Positions 1 through 11,370 of a stretch of 64,000 nt of DNA are shown piece by piece. Numbering within the stretch: the first letter of the stretch is position 1; every line of letters begins with the position of its first letter. The translations under genes and the position numbers were made by a program. The notes beneath the pieces were generated by a model that was not told where the DNA came from, made no database searches, and worked only from the letters and a program-made list of their open reading frames with translations. Origin of the DNA: Lama glama (lineage: Eukaryota); the NCBI GenBank assembly GCA_028534125.1, contig CM052817.1, forward strand, positions 18,354,001 through 18,418,000, given 5' to 3'.

Positions 1-177
1 CTAATGTTCTCTTTCATCCTTGAGGTTTACATTTGGATGAAACTCTTACCTGACTAGATTTCATTGGCAAGTGGATTTTCCCAGCAGGCCCAGAGGGTGG
101 CACTGTAGGACTGCTGTTAAGAGAGAAGTTTCTGGAGTCACCACCCGGGGTTAACATCTCAGTTCCTCTATTTCCTA

Positions 178-330
178 GGCTGTGTGACCTTGGGAAAGTT
201 ACTTCCTTTCTCTGTATCTTGGTTTCTTTATTTGAAACATGGGAATAATAATGGAGCCTACTCCATAGGGCCTGTGGGGTGGAATAAAGGGATAATCTCT
301 TCACACTATGCCTGGCGTCCAGTAAGCCTG
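178..330 (+). mobile_element. MIR SINE fragment
   Basis: MIR core motif TGTGTGACCTTGGGAAAGTTACTT...GGTTTCTTTATTTGAAACATGGGAATAATAA, then TGCCTGGC. Confidence 0.8.
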
Positions 331-1539
331 CCCTACTCATTCCCCTTGAGAGCGATCTCATTCATTTCAGAGTAGTCTACCAAAGATATCTCTCACCCTG
401 CCAAACTGTGGAGACCACCAGATCAACAGTTCTTTCCTCCCCAGACCTCACACAAATACTGTCATTTCCTCATGCCTAGTTCCCTCCAATGAGGACTTCG
501 AGTTCAAATGCTTTGATCTCTGACAGGTATAGACATGAAATTGACAGGGAGCAAGGCAGCCAGCGGAGGGGAGTCCTAGGAGGTTGTGGGAGGCCGGCCC
601 GTGCTGTTGAACCATTTTGGAATCATTCTCAGGAGCGAGGCAGCCCAGGAGAAGGTCTATAACCCGGATTGCAGCCGCAGCCTGCATCTGACAAGTTTAT
701 TTCCACAGTTGGATGTGATTTGCCTTAATGCTGGTATCCCTCCCACCAAGGTGCATGCTGTTTGCTCAGATGTTGGTCACATTTTGATAATCATTTAATC
801 TTTATTTATTCTGTGCACCCTACGGTGCAGATAATCATCTCTGGCTGCCACAGGAGGAGACCGGCTGGAGTCAATATGGAACCCAAGGACCCTTCCCGAC
901 GGGATTTTTCTCAAGAGATGGATGTGTCAATTTAAGTGGAAAGTTCCTCGCAAAACTGATTGTAGACAGGACTGGAATTTTCAATTTCCAGCAAATGAGA
1001 AAAACGGGGGAAATTTTCTTTTTATTTTCAATTAAGGAATTCTGATTAAGCACCTATCCCCCCCCCTTTTTTTTTACTTACTATAATACTTGTATTTTGG
1101 TAATTTCTCTATCACCTAACCCTTGACATAAAAATGCTTGAGCTCATCAATTTCTATAACTGGACTAGAGATCAGGGGATTGAGAAGAGTAAAACAGTGC
1201 AAAGGATTTTCAAGTTTCATTGATGCATCCCTTCACCTATTCATAAAAGAAATTGGCATTTTAAATTTAACTTGTGTTGTTTTTAAATCTATGATATCTT
1301 TTTTTAGGCTTTGTTACAAGGGTTATGGTGGCTTGCTAAAAGTAAATTAGGATGCTTTCTATATTCTTTTCTGTTCAAACAGTACTTATTAGTATTAAAA
1401 TTACATATGATTTCTTTTTGATTCATGAGTTTTCAAAAAATAATCTTTTTAATTCTTAAAAGAACTTGTGTATATTTTGTTCTTGGATATTCTTATCTGT
1501 TTTCCACCATGGGACTTTCAGAACGTTTGGATCATTCTT

Positions 1540-1601
1540 TTTTCTTTTTTTTTTTAACATTTTTTTATTGATTTATAATCATTTTACAATGTTGTGTCAA
1601 A
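1540..1601 (-). mobile_element. Young, extremely 5'-truncated camelid L1 (3' tail only)
   Basis: PolyT followed by AACATTTTTTTATTGATTTATAATCATTTTACAATGTTGTGTCAAA; 14-bp TSD TTTGGAT(C/T)ATTCTT at 1526-1539 and 1602-1615. Confidence 0.85.
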
Positions 1602-1958
1602 TTTGGATTATTCTTAATCAAGAAAAATGTTACTTGAACTTTTGACTCTTGCCCATGAATATTATTTTCTTTAGTCTGTGAATCAAAAACTCAGCCAAGG
1701 GAGATAAGAGACGCAGAGAGTAGACTGAAGGGCATTTGAGAGGTCCTTTCATTCTCAATCATCAGAGAGCAGGGTAAGTGGACCTCATGGCTTTGACTTT
1801 CTGCTTAGCACTGAGTTGGACATTGACACGGTGCCCTCAGCTTACACTGAGGGCTGTCCTGAAGAAATCAAAGTTTTGTAGGAGGATTGCTAAAGACACT
1901 GAACTCTATACTACTCTGTATCCTCTGGATACACCTGTACACGATCTTTCATTTAGAC

Positions 1959-2407
1959 CTGTGCTGTCCACATGTGGCTATTAAGCACCTGAAATATGGC
2001 TACTGAGACTGAGAAAATAGATTTTACTTAATTTGTAATTGATTTGACTTTAAAAAATGAATATGCAGCAATGGGAAAACTTTTAAAGTATATTGGACCA
2101 ATTTGGTTATGTGAATCTACTTTTTCCACCATACATTTTATGAAATCTAAATATACATCAAGTATTTCCAATGAAAATTCAGTGTCTCTGAGAGTAATAC
2201 AGTATATTAGTGTAAAATATACACTGTATCTTGAAAACTTTTCTCAAAATTGATTACATATTGAAATGATAATGTTTTGGTTATATTGGGTTAGATGAAA
2301 TGTTATTAAAATTAATGTCCTTTTTTTTTTTACACTTTTAGATGTGGTTATTAGAAAATCAAAAATTGCATATGTGACTCACATTATATTTCTGTTGGAC
2401 AGCTCTG
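1959..2407 (+). mobile_element. hAT-Charlie1-family non-autonomous DNA transposon (MER3/MER33-like)
   Basis: Inverted termini CTGTGCTGTCCA / TGGACAGCTCTG; internal frame WLCESTFSTIHFMKSKYTSSISNEN resembles the hAT C-terminal dimerisation motif. Confidence 0.8.
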
Positions 2408-3261
2408 GTATGCACTGAAGTTCCAGGAAAAATCTTTGTTTCATTTAAAGAAATTGTATGTATTTTTTCTTTTCTCGAAGACAATATGGATATTATAATC
2501 AAATTAATTTATGTATAAAGGTAAATTCTTGGCCATCAGAATCTCACAGCTCTACTTTTGTCTCAGTATTATTTCCTCTAAGATCTTATCACTTTCATGG
2601 CTTCATTTAATTTTTCCTCTTGTTCTTGCCTTCCTGCTATGTCTGTATTTTCTCTTGCTGTCATTTAATTTAGTTTACATATGTTTTATTTATCGTGTTG
2701 GATGTATTCTTGGGAGAAACACCAAATCATGCCATGGAGAGCCCACTTGGCCTCCCAGGGAGCTTGTCCAGGCTTCAGACATGGAGGGACATGAATGATG
2801 GTGTGATGAAACCCTCACATTTGACAGGAAAAAGATAGAAATATAAAGGGATTGGCAACTTGAAAGCCCAAAGCTCCATAGAGCTCAACACAAGTCATTT
2901 CTGAAAGCCACTCGAGTTTGTAGTCAGTTTCTGGAGATCTAGAAATCTTTCCTGGAGTGTTTTTAGTGGAAGAACCTAGCCTTTCACTAATTGAATGTTG
3001 CCAGCTAACTGATAAAGTCAGTGTTGCTGAATGCTATAATAACAATTTTGTGTTGCTTGAAAATGCTGTGGTGAAGCTTAAGTATATGAGTGCAACATGA
3101 AAGGTGTTGATAATATGGCCACATGGTGCAACCATGAGTGATTGGCTATTATATGGAATTTATAGAACTTCAATTTTTTTGCCTAATGGAACCCAGCTGA
3201 GCAGTTCCCTATAATGATTGTATTTTGGGCTACATTATAAGATCAGCTGGTCTTGTAAACT

Positions 3262-3480
3262 AGGCTATGATACTAAAATAGCCTGGACTTTGACGTCCAT
3301 AGGTTTGAATTCTAACTTTGTCCCTTCCCAGGTAAGTGACCTTTGGTAAATTACATAAAACATTCCTGGGCCTTGTTTTCCCATCTTTGACACGGATATG
3401 ATGGTCTCTATATGCTGTGAAGGCATGGTGGATAGAATTTGGGGCTGTGCCTGTCACGTGATAAATGCTCAAAATCACAT
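3262..3480 (+). mobile_element. MIR SINE
   Basis: GGTTTGAATTCTAACTTTG...GTGACCTTTGGTAAATTAC...TTTCCCATCT...GTGCCTGTCACGTGATAAATGCTCAA. Confidence 0.75.
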
Positions 3481-3599
3481 GCTTCTCTTGTCTTCCCTTC
3501 TTGCTCCCCATTGTCTTCCAAGCTACCATTAGTTATGTGCAACCATGTGAATTTCCTGCCCACTTCCCTCTTCCCTGACTGCTACCTCCCCCATCATTT

Positions 3600-3825
3600 T
3601 CCTCATAGCTGACATCTGTTGAGGGTTTTATTCTGTGCCAGACACTGTACTCTTTATCTCCTCACATAATCTTTTGAACAAATCAGGATATCAGGGCTTA
3701 GCATGGTTAAATAACTTGCCTAAGAAAATTATTATTCCTTCATATAATTAGAAAGAAATAGGGTAGAAGTCCAAAAATATGTCTGTCTGAGTCCAGAGTA
3801 TATGAATGTTTGATCTTATACATTA
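3600..3825 (-). mobile_element. MIR SINE, degraded
   Basis: TGTGCCAGACACTGT...GGTTAAATAACTTGCCTAAG...TGTCTGTCTGAGTCCAGAG. Confidence 0.6.
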
Positions 3826-4250
3826 GTAGCAATAATCCATTGACTTCAATCCTCTGAAACACTGATTACTAAAAAGATTTGGAAATTACCCTGCAATTTC
3901 TTTAAAGAATTTTGCCTGCATTCAGAGACCAGCCATCCCATGAGTGGCTGGGGCCAGTCTGTCTTGGGGTTCAGCTGACTTCTTTCCGATGAGAATTGCA
4001 GAAAGAAGAAAGGGTATGTCATTTAATGATTGAATTTTTTATTGAGAAAGTGGCACATAAATTAACTTTAACTGTTATAAACATAAAATACCTACATTAG
4101 GATGAGAGTTAAAAATTATAATAGATTCCAGCCCAGCTTTAGGACTTGTTTTATCAAGTAACTAGCATAAGTTCCTCTCTTTAAATATTACTTAAAAAAA
4201 TAAGGACAAAAGGCTGAGCTGTATTCTTTCCTGTCTAGTGAGTGTATGAT

Positions 4251-5171
4251 TGTTGCTTTGCAAACTGGCCCCCTGACCTAGAATTAAAGAGAGGTTGAAG
4301 AAAGAGACACCACTCCAGATTGGTAGGTGGCAGGTTTAATAAGCCAAGAATTTACATTCAAGGCTTGTCTTGGGCAAGAGAGTAGGTCTCCACACCTACC
4401 CTCCAGGATCTTAAATGTTTATGTAAAGGCCTTAACTGGCAACAGTCACTTACACCATCCAGATGGTCTCAACAACACCTGCTCTCTCAAGCCTGTGTCC
4501 TTGGAAACGGCTCCCCCTGTGGGAATGGTGAGCAGTGTTGGGGAGGAAGAAGTTTTCCCCTCCCCTTCTAGGTACTTCTGGCTGGTCTCAGAATTACACT
4601 GACATAAGAGATTCACAGGAGAAAATCAAACAACATTATAAATTGTATACATGGGAGACCCAGGAAAACTGAGTAATTTGCCAAAACGGCAGAAGCCCTC
4701 ACCTTAAATACCATCTTCAGCTAAAGACGAAAGAGGATGTTGGATGTAGTGATATGAGACTTCAGAGGGGAGGAAGGCACTTCACAAGGAGATGGTAAAG
4801 CGAATGCTTGATAAATGTGTGCTGGCCATGCAGAGACCATGGACACAGAGTGGTCTCCAATCTCCACCACCCCATCCAGCTCATATTCTATCTCTGGTGA
4901 TGGCTCTGTTCTGGGAACAGGCCCTTTATCTAATTTTTTTAGGTAACTAATGGGGAGACAAAAAGAAAGACTTTCTGAGTCTCCTGATTCTTCAAAATAA
5001 TCAGCCTAAACTTATCGTCATGCCAAATGGACACATTTTGGGGTAACAAATTTTGCTTCCCCATTGCAATTATCTTTTAAGGACAGAGGAAGGGGTAAGG
5101 GACTTCTGATTGCCTGGGTCCAGCTCGCAGGTCACCTGGTGGTCACATCCTCTCAGTGACCTCCTCCAACA
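4251..5171 (-). mobile_element. ERV solo LTR (outer element, interrupted by a second LTR)
   Basis: TG...CA termini (TGTTGC at 4251, CCTCCAACA ending 5171); antisense polyA signal TTTAAT near 4335; degenerate flanks ATGAT / GTGAC. Confidence 0.7.
4536..5068 (-). mobile_element. ERV1-type solo LTR nested in the outer LTR
   Basis: Begins TGTTGGGGAGGAAGAAGTTTTCCCCTCCCCTTCTAGG and ends ACATTTTGGGGTAACAAATTTTGCTTCCCCATTGCA, termini typical of MER34/MER39-like LTRs. Confidence 0.7.
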
Positions 5172-5480
5172 GTGACGTTATCATCTGTTATAGGCATGTA
5201 TGTTGTACGGTAGGCACCTCTTCCAATGCTTATCTTCTATCTTTTAGGAGTTGAAATTTAAATGGCCAAAGTAAAGCAAAGCAAACCACACTAAACCAAA
5301 AACTGATGCAAGAAATAGAATTTTGTTGGATTCTAAATTTTCTCATCTCACTGCCTCAGAATCAGTCCATCCACATGTATGGCTCCTTTCTAAAGAGGAA
5401 AGACTCTACTTTTGCTCATTATTCTGAGAACATATAGACAGGGTAAAGTTACTTTGCTTAATCAAATAGACATAGTAAAG

Positions 5481-5620
5481 TTCATTCATTCATTCACTGA
5501 TTCCTTCATCAGAAAATATGAATTGATCACTCTATTTGAATAAATCAATGATAAACTTTGTAACTGTGAACCATGCCCTATTGTAGGACTGGAGATACAA
5601 TGAGAAATGTGTGAATATTA
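5481..5620 (-). mobile_element. L2 LINE 3' end fragment
   Basis: (TTCA)n tail followed by AAATATGAATTGATCACTCTA...GGACTGGAGATACAA. Confidence 0.55.
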
Positions 5621-6142
5621 GAGCTTTTCATGAAATCAAGTTTCGAGGGAGGAGATGGTAAGTAACCATGATGAGGTAAGGGATGGACACGGAGAGTCTG
5701 ACGAGAGGGAAGGTATCACAGAAAAAGGGCTGATGTTGCCAGGAAAGGTGGAGACACCAAAAATATACTCTTTTTTTCAAACTGCCTCACATGTAACAGA
5801 CATTCAAAAATTGTTCATTGAATATACAAATGAATTTTGTCAAGAACTGGTTCCTCTCCAAAAATATGCCCCACAGGACTTATGATTGAACTGCTTCTCA
5901 GTCCCATTGAAGGGATGGTGCACAGGTAACGGTGGCATTGGGAACTCAAAGATTCTCTCTCATAGAGGTTTAAATATCATGGTCAAGTATAAAGGAAAAG
6001 TGAGGTTGAGAGATGCTCAGAATGCTTTGTTGGAAAAACTGCCAATGTAAACACCAGTTTGATCTGGTCTGTTGTTGTCAATTTTGTTTGTTGTTGTAAA
6101 ATATGGATTTTGAGATCTATGTGTAATGTACCCTCATCATTG

Positions 6143-6483
6143 ACCATATGATCCAGCAACCCCACTCCTGGGCATATACTTGGAGAAAACTCTAATTCAA
6201 AAAGACACATGCACCCCAGTGTTCATAACAGCACTATTTACACTAGCCAAGACATGGAACAATCCAAATGTCCATCAACAGATGACTGGATAAAGCTGTG
6301 GTACATATATGCAACAGAATACTACTCAACCATAAAAAATAATAAAATAATGCCATTTGCAGCAACATGGATGGACCTGGAGGTGGTCATTCTAAGTGAA
6401 GCAAGCCAGAAAAAGAAAGAAAAATGCCACATTATATCACTCATATGTGAAATCTAAAACTAAAGGACACAAATGAACTACTT
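6143..6483 (+). mobile_element. L1 internal fragment (ORF2 C-terminus and start of 3'UTR), low divergence
   Basis: ORF ...QSKCPSTDDWIKLWYIYATEYYSTIKNNKIMPFAATWMDLEVVILSE matches the L1 ORF2 C-terminus; no polyA tail. Confidence 0.92.
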
Positions 6484-6684
6484 ATTATCTATAACTTAGA
6501 TGATTGATTTCTTGAATATGTATAAGAACATTTGACTATCCTTTATGTTGGATTACTACATCTGTTGTTTCTTATTTTGTGGTTGGCTTCATTCCTTCGA
6601 AAACTATGTAAGTTTAAGAAGCTAAAGTTCCAAACTGTTCTTAGAAACAATGAACAGTACACATATGTAAATTTTAAAAGTTTT

Positions 6685-6767
6685 TTTTTATATATATATA
6701 TTTTTTTACATTTTTTATTGATTCATAATCATTTTACAGTGTTGTGTCAAATTCCAGTGTTCAGCAC
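6685..6767 (-). mobile_element. Young 5'-truncated camelid L1 3' tail
   Basis: Same tail sequence as 1540-1601, extended to TTCCAGTGTTCAGCAC; 15-bp TSD AATTTTAAAAGTTTT at 6670-6684 and 6768-6782. Confidence 0.88.
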
Positions 6768-7744
6768 AATTTTAAAAGTTTTATCTCTCAATGAGTTGCT
6801 CTTTCTAGAATAAACTTTGTTTACTCCCCAAAATAAATAGGTAAAAATAAAAAATTTATGAAAGATCAAAACTATTTTTAAAATTCAGCTCTGAGAGAAC
6901 TTTTTATCTGTTTTATGTGTTTTATCTTCCTAACAACAACAACAAAAAAGAAGTAAGTCGTACTAACTCCATATTCTTTGTCTAAGGGGTGCTGTTCACC
7001 CAATCTGGGGCGGCGGAATCAAAGGCACTGCTTCCTCCAACATGTCCTGAAAAATGCTTGCCAACATCTGTGTATGGCTGTTGTTTTCGGGGTTTTACTT
7101 TATAAGCCATTTCTTGTTCCCTGTCAAGGGGCTGTGTCAGGTAAAATGCTGGGTTGGAAAGTCTCATCATGGATTCCAAGCCATTTTTTAATAATTATTT
7201 TTTTCTAAGGCAGTCAGTGTTTTGTCATTCTGAGAACACATTTAAGGGTCAGATATAGGCTTTTACTTATTACAATTGCCACTGTATTATTGGGGGAAAG
7301 TTTGTGTAAGATATTTAAAGACAAACAGCAGATTGATTCCCCAAGAGGTAAAATAACATTTTGCTGTAAACCATTTTCACGGCAAACCTTGGAGTGAAAT
7401 TCTTGGGGTGTTTTCTTTTTTACCCTCTAGGCTCTTGAATGCATTTAGACTATAGTCATGATAACTTGGTTTTTGTTATGTTGTGAGACAATCTCATTCA
7501 AAATAAGTTACATTCCCTTTCTTTATGGAGAACATTTAAGAAAGGAAATCAAGTCTGGCTGAATGCCATGATGCTGTGTTTCACCTGGGGCAGGGACGGG
7601 GGAGTGATGAAAGAGGCTGTGTGTAAGACCACAGGGATTCCTTGGGGACTGCAGCCCAGGCATGACGGGGGGTGATACGCTTCCCCTGGTCAGAGAAAGT
7701 TGACTCAAAGAGCTGTTTGAGTTGGGAGGGTAAAACTCATTGTT

Positions 7745-8835
7745 TTTTTAAAAAATCTTTTTTATTATGCTAAAATGTAACATAAAATTCGCCATTTTGA
7801 TCATTTTAAGTGGACAATTTCCTGACATTAATTACATTCACAATGTTATGCAGTCATCACTACCATTCCCAAAACATTTTTATTACCTGCCCTCCCCTGC
7901 CAACAGATAGTCTATAACCATTAAGCAGTAACTCCATGTGTTAGAACTACATTCTGTTTAATGGCTGAATACTATTCCATTGTATCTTTATAGCCCATTT
8001 TATTTATCTATTCATCTGTTGATGGACATTTATATTGTTTCCACCTTTTGGTTATTGAAAGTAATGCTGCAGGGAACATTAGTGCACAACCATGTTTGGG
8101 CTTCTCTTTTCAATTCTTTCGGGTCTCTAACTAGGAATAGAAATGCCAAATCATATAATTCTATGTTTAGCTTTTTCGGGGCATACCAAACTATTTCCAT
8201 GGAACTTTTCACCAGCAATATGTGAGGATTCTGATTTCTCCACATGGTTCCCAACACATCTTTCTGTTTCTTTGATCATAGCCATCATAGTAGGTGTGAA
8301 GAGATAACGCATCATGGTTTTGATTTGCATTTCTCACATGACTAATGGTGCTGAGCATGTTTTCATGTGCTTATTAGCCATTTGTATCTTCTTTGGAGAA
8401 ATGTCTATTGAAGTATTTTGCCTATTTTTAACTGAGTTATTTGTCTTTTTGTTGTTGAGTTGTAGGAGTTTTTTATGGATTCTGGAGTTAAACCTTTCTC
8501 AGCTATATGATTTACAAATACTTTTTCCCACTCTGTATGTGTTCTTTTTCACCTCCTTGATAATGTCCTTTGATACACAGAAGTTTTTTTTTTTATTATT
8601 ATTCTTGTGAAGTTCAACTTCTCTTTTTCATTTGTTGCTCTTACTTTTGTTTTTTATGTCTAAGAATTCATTTCTAAATCCAGGGTCTGACAGATGTACC
8701 CCTCGGTTGTCTTGTAAGAGTTTTATAGCTTTAGCTTCTATATCTAGGTCTTTGATCCATTTTGAATTAATTTTTGTGTATCATGTGAGGTAGGGGTTCA
8801 ACTTAATTCTTTTGCATGTAAAAATCTAATCATCC
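7745..8835 (-). mobile_element. Ancestral L1 (L1MB-like) 3'UTR and ORF2 3' end
   Basis: Antisense L1 motifs ATGGCTGAATACTATTCCATTGTAT, GTTTTGATTTGCATTTCTC, GATCCATTTTGAATTAATTTTTGT; minus-strand ORF with KLNIELYDLAFLFL. Confidence 0.9.
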
Positions 8836-9689
8836 CTGTTACAGATTCTTTATTCCTCTTACAATATTTTTTCTTTCTTGTCCATATCTTTAAAACTTAA
8901 AGGATTCATATTAACCAACATGGAAAAATAAGACAAAGTGAACGTATCATTACCTTATATTTTGAGAGTTAATTCCATTTCTGATATTTACCTGTTTAGA
9001 GAGGTGCAGCATCCACAAACTGCTTTTTCTTAGTAGGACCTGAAAACTGCAACTTCACTTTCTGGGACTAATATGTGACGGACAGCTTGCTATGAGACTA
9101 TAAACTTTTATGGATAGCTTGAAATAGAGGTTTTCCAAGGTCCTTTAGGGTTAGATAATCACCATTGCTTCAGATGTCAAAATAAGGCTGACCTGGCTGT
9201 TGGGAAGCCACTGATATCATGAGGGTTTTTTTTAGCATCCAGAAGATAATCAATAAGTATATAATGATTGATGGGCTTGAGGAGAGACGCCTCTGGAAGA
9301 CTCTCAGTCCCATTTTGACTTTGACAGCTCAGGGCCCACGATGTGCCTGTTCACCTTTCAACAATTTTCTTTGCTCAAAGAAATCTGCAGCCTTTCTTTT
9401 CTGGTAAAACTTTTTCCTTAAAAAAGGCTTACGGTTCCTATAAGAAAGCTGCAACTTTCCCAACTTATTTTATTTCAAGAAAATGTAACAAGCATCTATT
9501 ATGGGCTAAGTGTCATGCTTGGCATTGGGAATCCCAAGAAGAATGAGAAACAATACTTGCCCCAGGGTAACTTAACAATGCGGGGAGGGAGATAGATACA
9601 TATGTATTTAGTCAGGTAGACTAAATTATTGAAGACTGAAGACAGTACTTTCTAGAAGTACAAGATTGTGGTATTTTGTAGGGAAGGGC

Positions 9690-9850
9690 TTTTGTCTGAA
9701 ATTCCATGGTTTAGATACCATCTCTGCAGCTTACTAACTGTGTCGGGGAGCTGATTGCTTAACCATCCTGAGCCTTAGTTTTCCCGTTTGTGAAATGGAG
9801 GTAATCATATCTCACTTAGAGGGTTGTTACAGTGCAACAGAGATACGGAG
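9690..9850 (+). mobile_element. MIR SINE
   Basis: CTTACTAACTGTGT...CTTAACCATCCTGAGCCTTAGTTTTCCCGTTTGTGAAATGGAGGTAAT. Confidence 0.75.
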
Positions 9851-9924
9851 ATACAGGAGGTAGATGTTTCTGGTTGGCACAAGGGCTAATGTTTATAGAG
9901 TGCCCACGCACTTCCAATCTCTCT

Positions 9925-10100
9925 ACATGATTATCTCAAGCAATCTATGAGGCAGACATTATCCCCGTTTTATTGATGAAACTGAGACATGTGGAGGCTG
10001 TTTGCTCCAACCTCCACAGCTCGTGAGCGGGGGCCTGAGAACTGAAGTCAAGTGGTCTATTCATGGAACGCATATTCTTAACCTCTATTATATACTGCCT
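9925..10100 (-). mobile_element. MIR SINE
   Basis: CTATGAGGCAGACATTATCCCCGTTTTATTGATGAAACTGAG. Confidence 0.7.
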
Positions 10101-11197
10101 TTTATTGAAACAAGTAATGTCCTGTGGTCCCACACTCGAAGGAGTAATTGTTTAGAGCTGAGATAATTGTGGAAGGCTTCCTAGAGGAATTAGACCTTGA
10201 GCTTGGCCTTAAGGTATAATAGAAAAACTTTAGTTATTCTTTCTCTCTAAACTTGAGTTTAAACACATGGTGTTGTGCTAAGGCTGTGAAGAGAGAGAAC
10301 AGGATTTTGATTTTTAAAAAATGCCCTGGGGTTAAAGCTTCTCTGCCAGCTTCCTCCTGATATTTATTAAACTCGACGATGCTGCATTTCTCTAACCATC
10401 ACATTTCACTATTCAATACTGTGAATGACACTGTCTCCCATAAGAGCTGTGGTGCAAAGGAGAGGATAAGGCTACGGTCCAGAGCCTGTCACTGAGCCTT
10501 AGCGCTTTCATCACCTTCAGCAGGATGTGAAAATCATAGGTTAAGAGGGGGCAGAAGTTGAATTTGCTTCTTTGGGGCTAACCCTCGCTATCCAGTAATG
10601 TCAAAAAAGCCCCCCCCCCAACTTTGCAATCTGATAAAAATGACGGTTTACACTGCTCAGGTGAGAACTCTGCCAAGCTACAAGATCACCTGTTTACTCG
10701 TTGATACCATGCCCAGCCCATGATTGTGGGAATTTGCCAGTTTGTACCCGCTAAGATTGTGGGAGCGTATTCTTCTAAAATGATCGACAGCACACAATGT
10801 ATTAAGATCTTTTCATTCCTGGTATGAATGTCATACAGACTGTGAGAAGATTAAAGTCTCATTTACATAACCTGAGATAAAAGGAGGTGAAATATTGTAA
10901 TTATCCTTTCAAGCTAAATTTTCACTGCTATTTAAATTAACCTATTCGGAGAGCAAGTTAACCCCGAGGAGAGCTCTGGCCCTGTGCAATCTACCTGTGA
11001 AATCAGGAATGTTTGCAACCTGGCTAATCAATTAGCGATGTGCTGTTGAGATGCAGACTTCAAGTTGAAAATGATGACAAAGAACCAGAGATTCCTGTGA
11101 TGTAGGGCATTTAGCTTCTCTTTGATAATGTCCCATTTTTATTTGGGTAAAATGGACAAGATTATTACAGCTGGCCGGGCTCTCTTGGTTTGTCAAA

Positions 11198-11370
11198 GTA
11201 GTGAAATGGAAAGAGCAATGATCTGGAGTCAGAAAAATGTGGATTTCAGCTTGAGCTCTGCCACACACTAATTCTGTGACCACATGAAATTCACTCCACC
11301 TCTCAGCTCAGTTTGCTTAAATTTCAGCTGGTCTACATGGTATCTATACACTCTACAATGCTGTGATTCT
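11198..11370 (+). mobile_element. MIR3/MIR SINE
   Basis: GGAAAGAGCAATGATCTGGAGTCAGAAAA...CTCTGCCAC...TGTGACC...TGTGATTCT. Confidence 0.65.

Noticed and set aside
88..105. CTCF-like CCAGAGGGTGGCAC
   Set aside because: Two mismatches in the most constrained core positions.
586..798. ORF containing LDVICLNAGI, reminiscent of the short-chain dehydrogenase LDxLVNNAG motif
   Set aside because: The flanking residues do not resemble an SDR, no other SDR exons are visible and the splice context is unconvincing; probably chance.
3193..3250. Imperfect hairpin (CCAGCTGA/TCAGCTGG and TATAATG/CATTATA) as a pre-miRNA
   Set aside because: Large asymmetric internal loop and short stems, and CAGCTG is self-palindromic.
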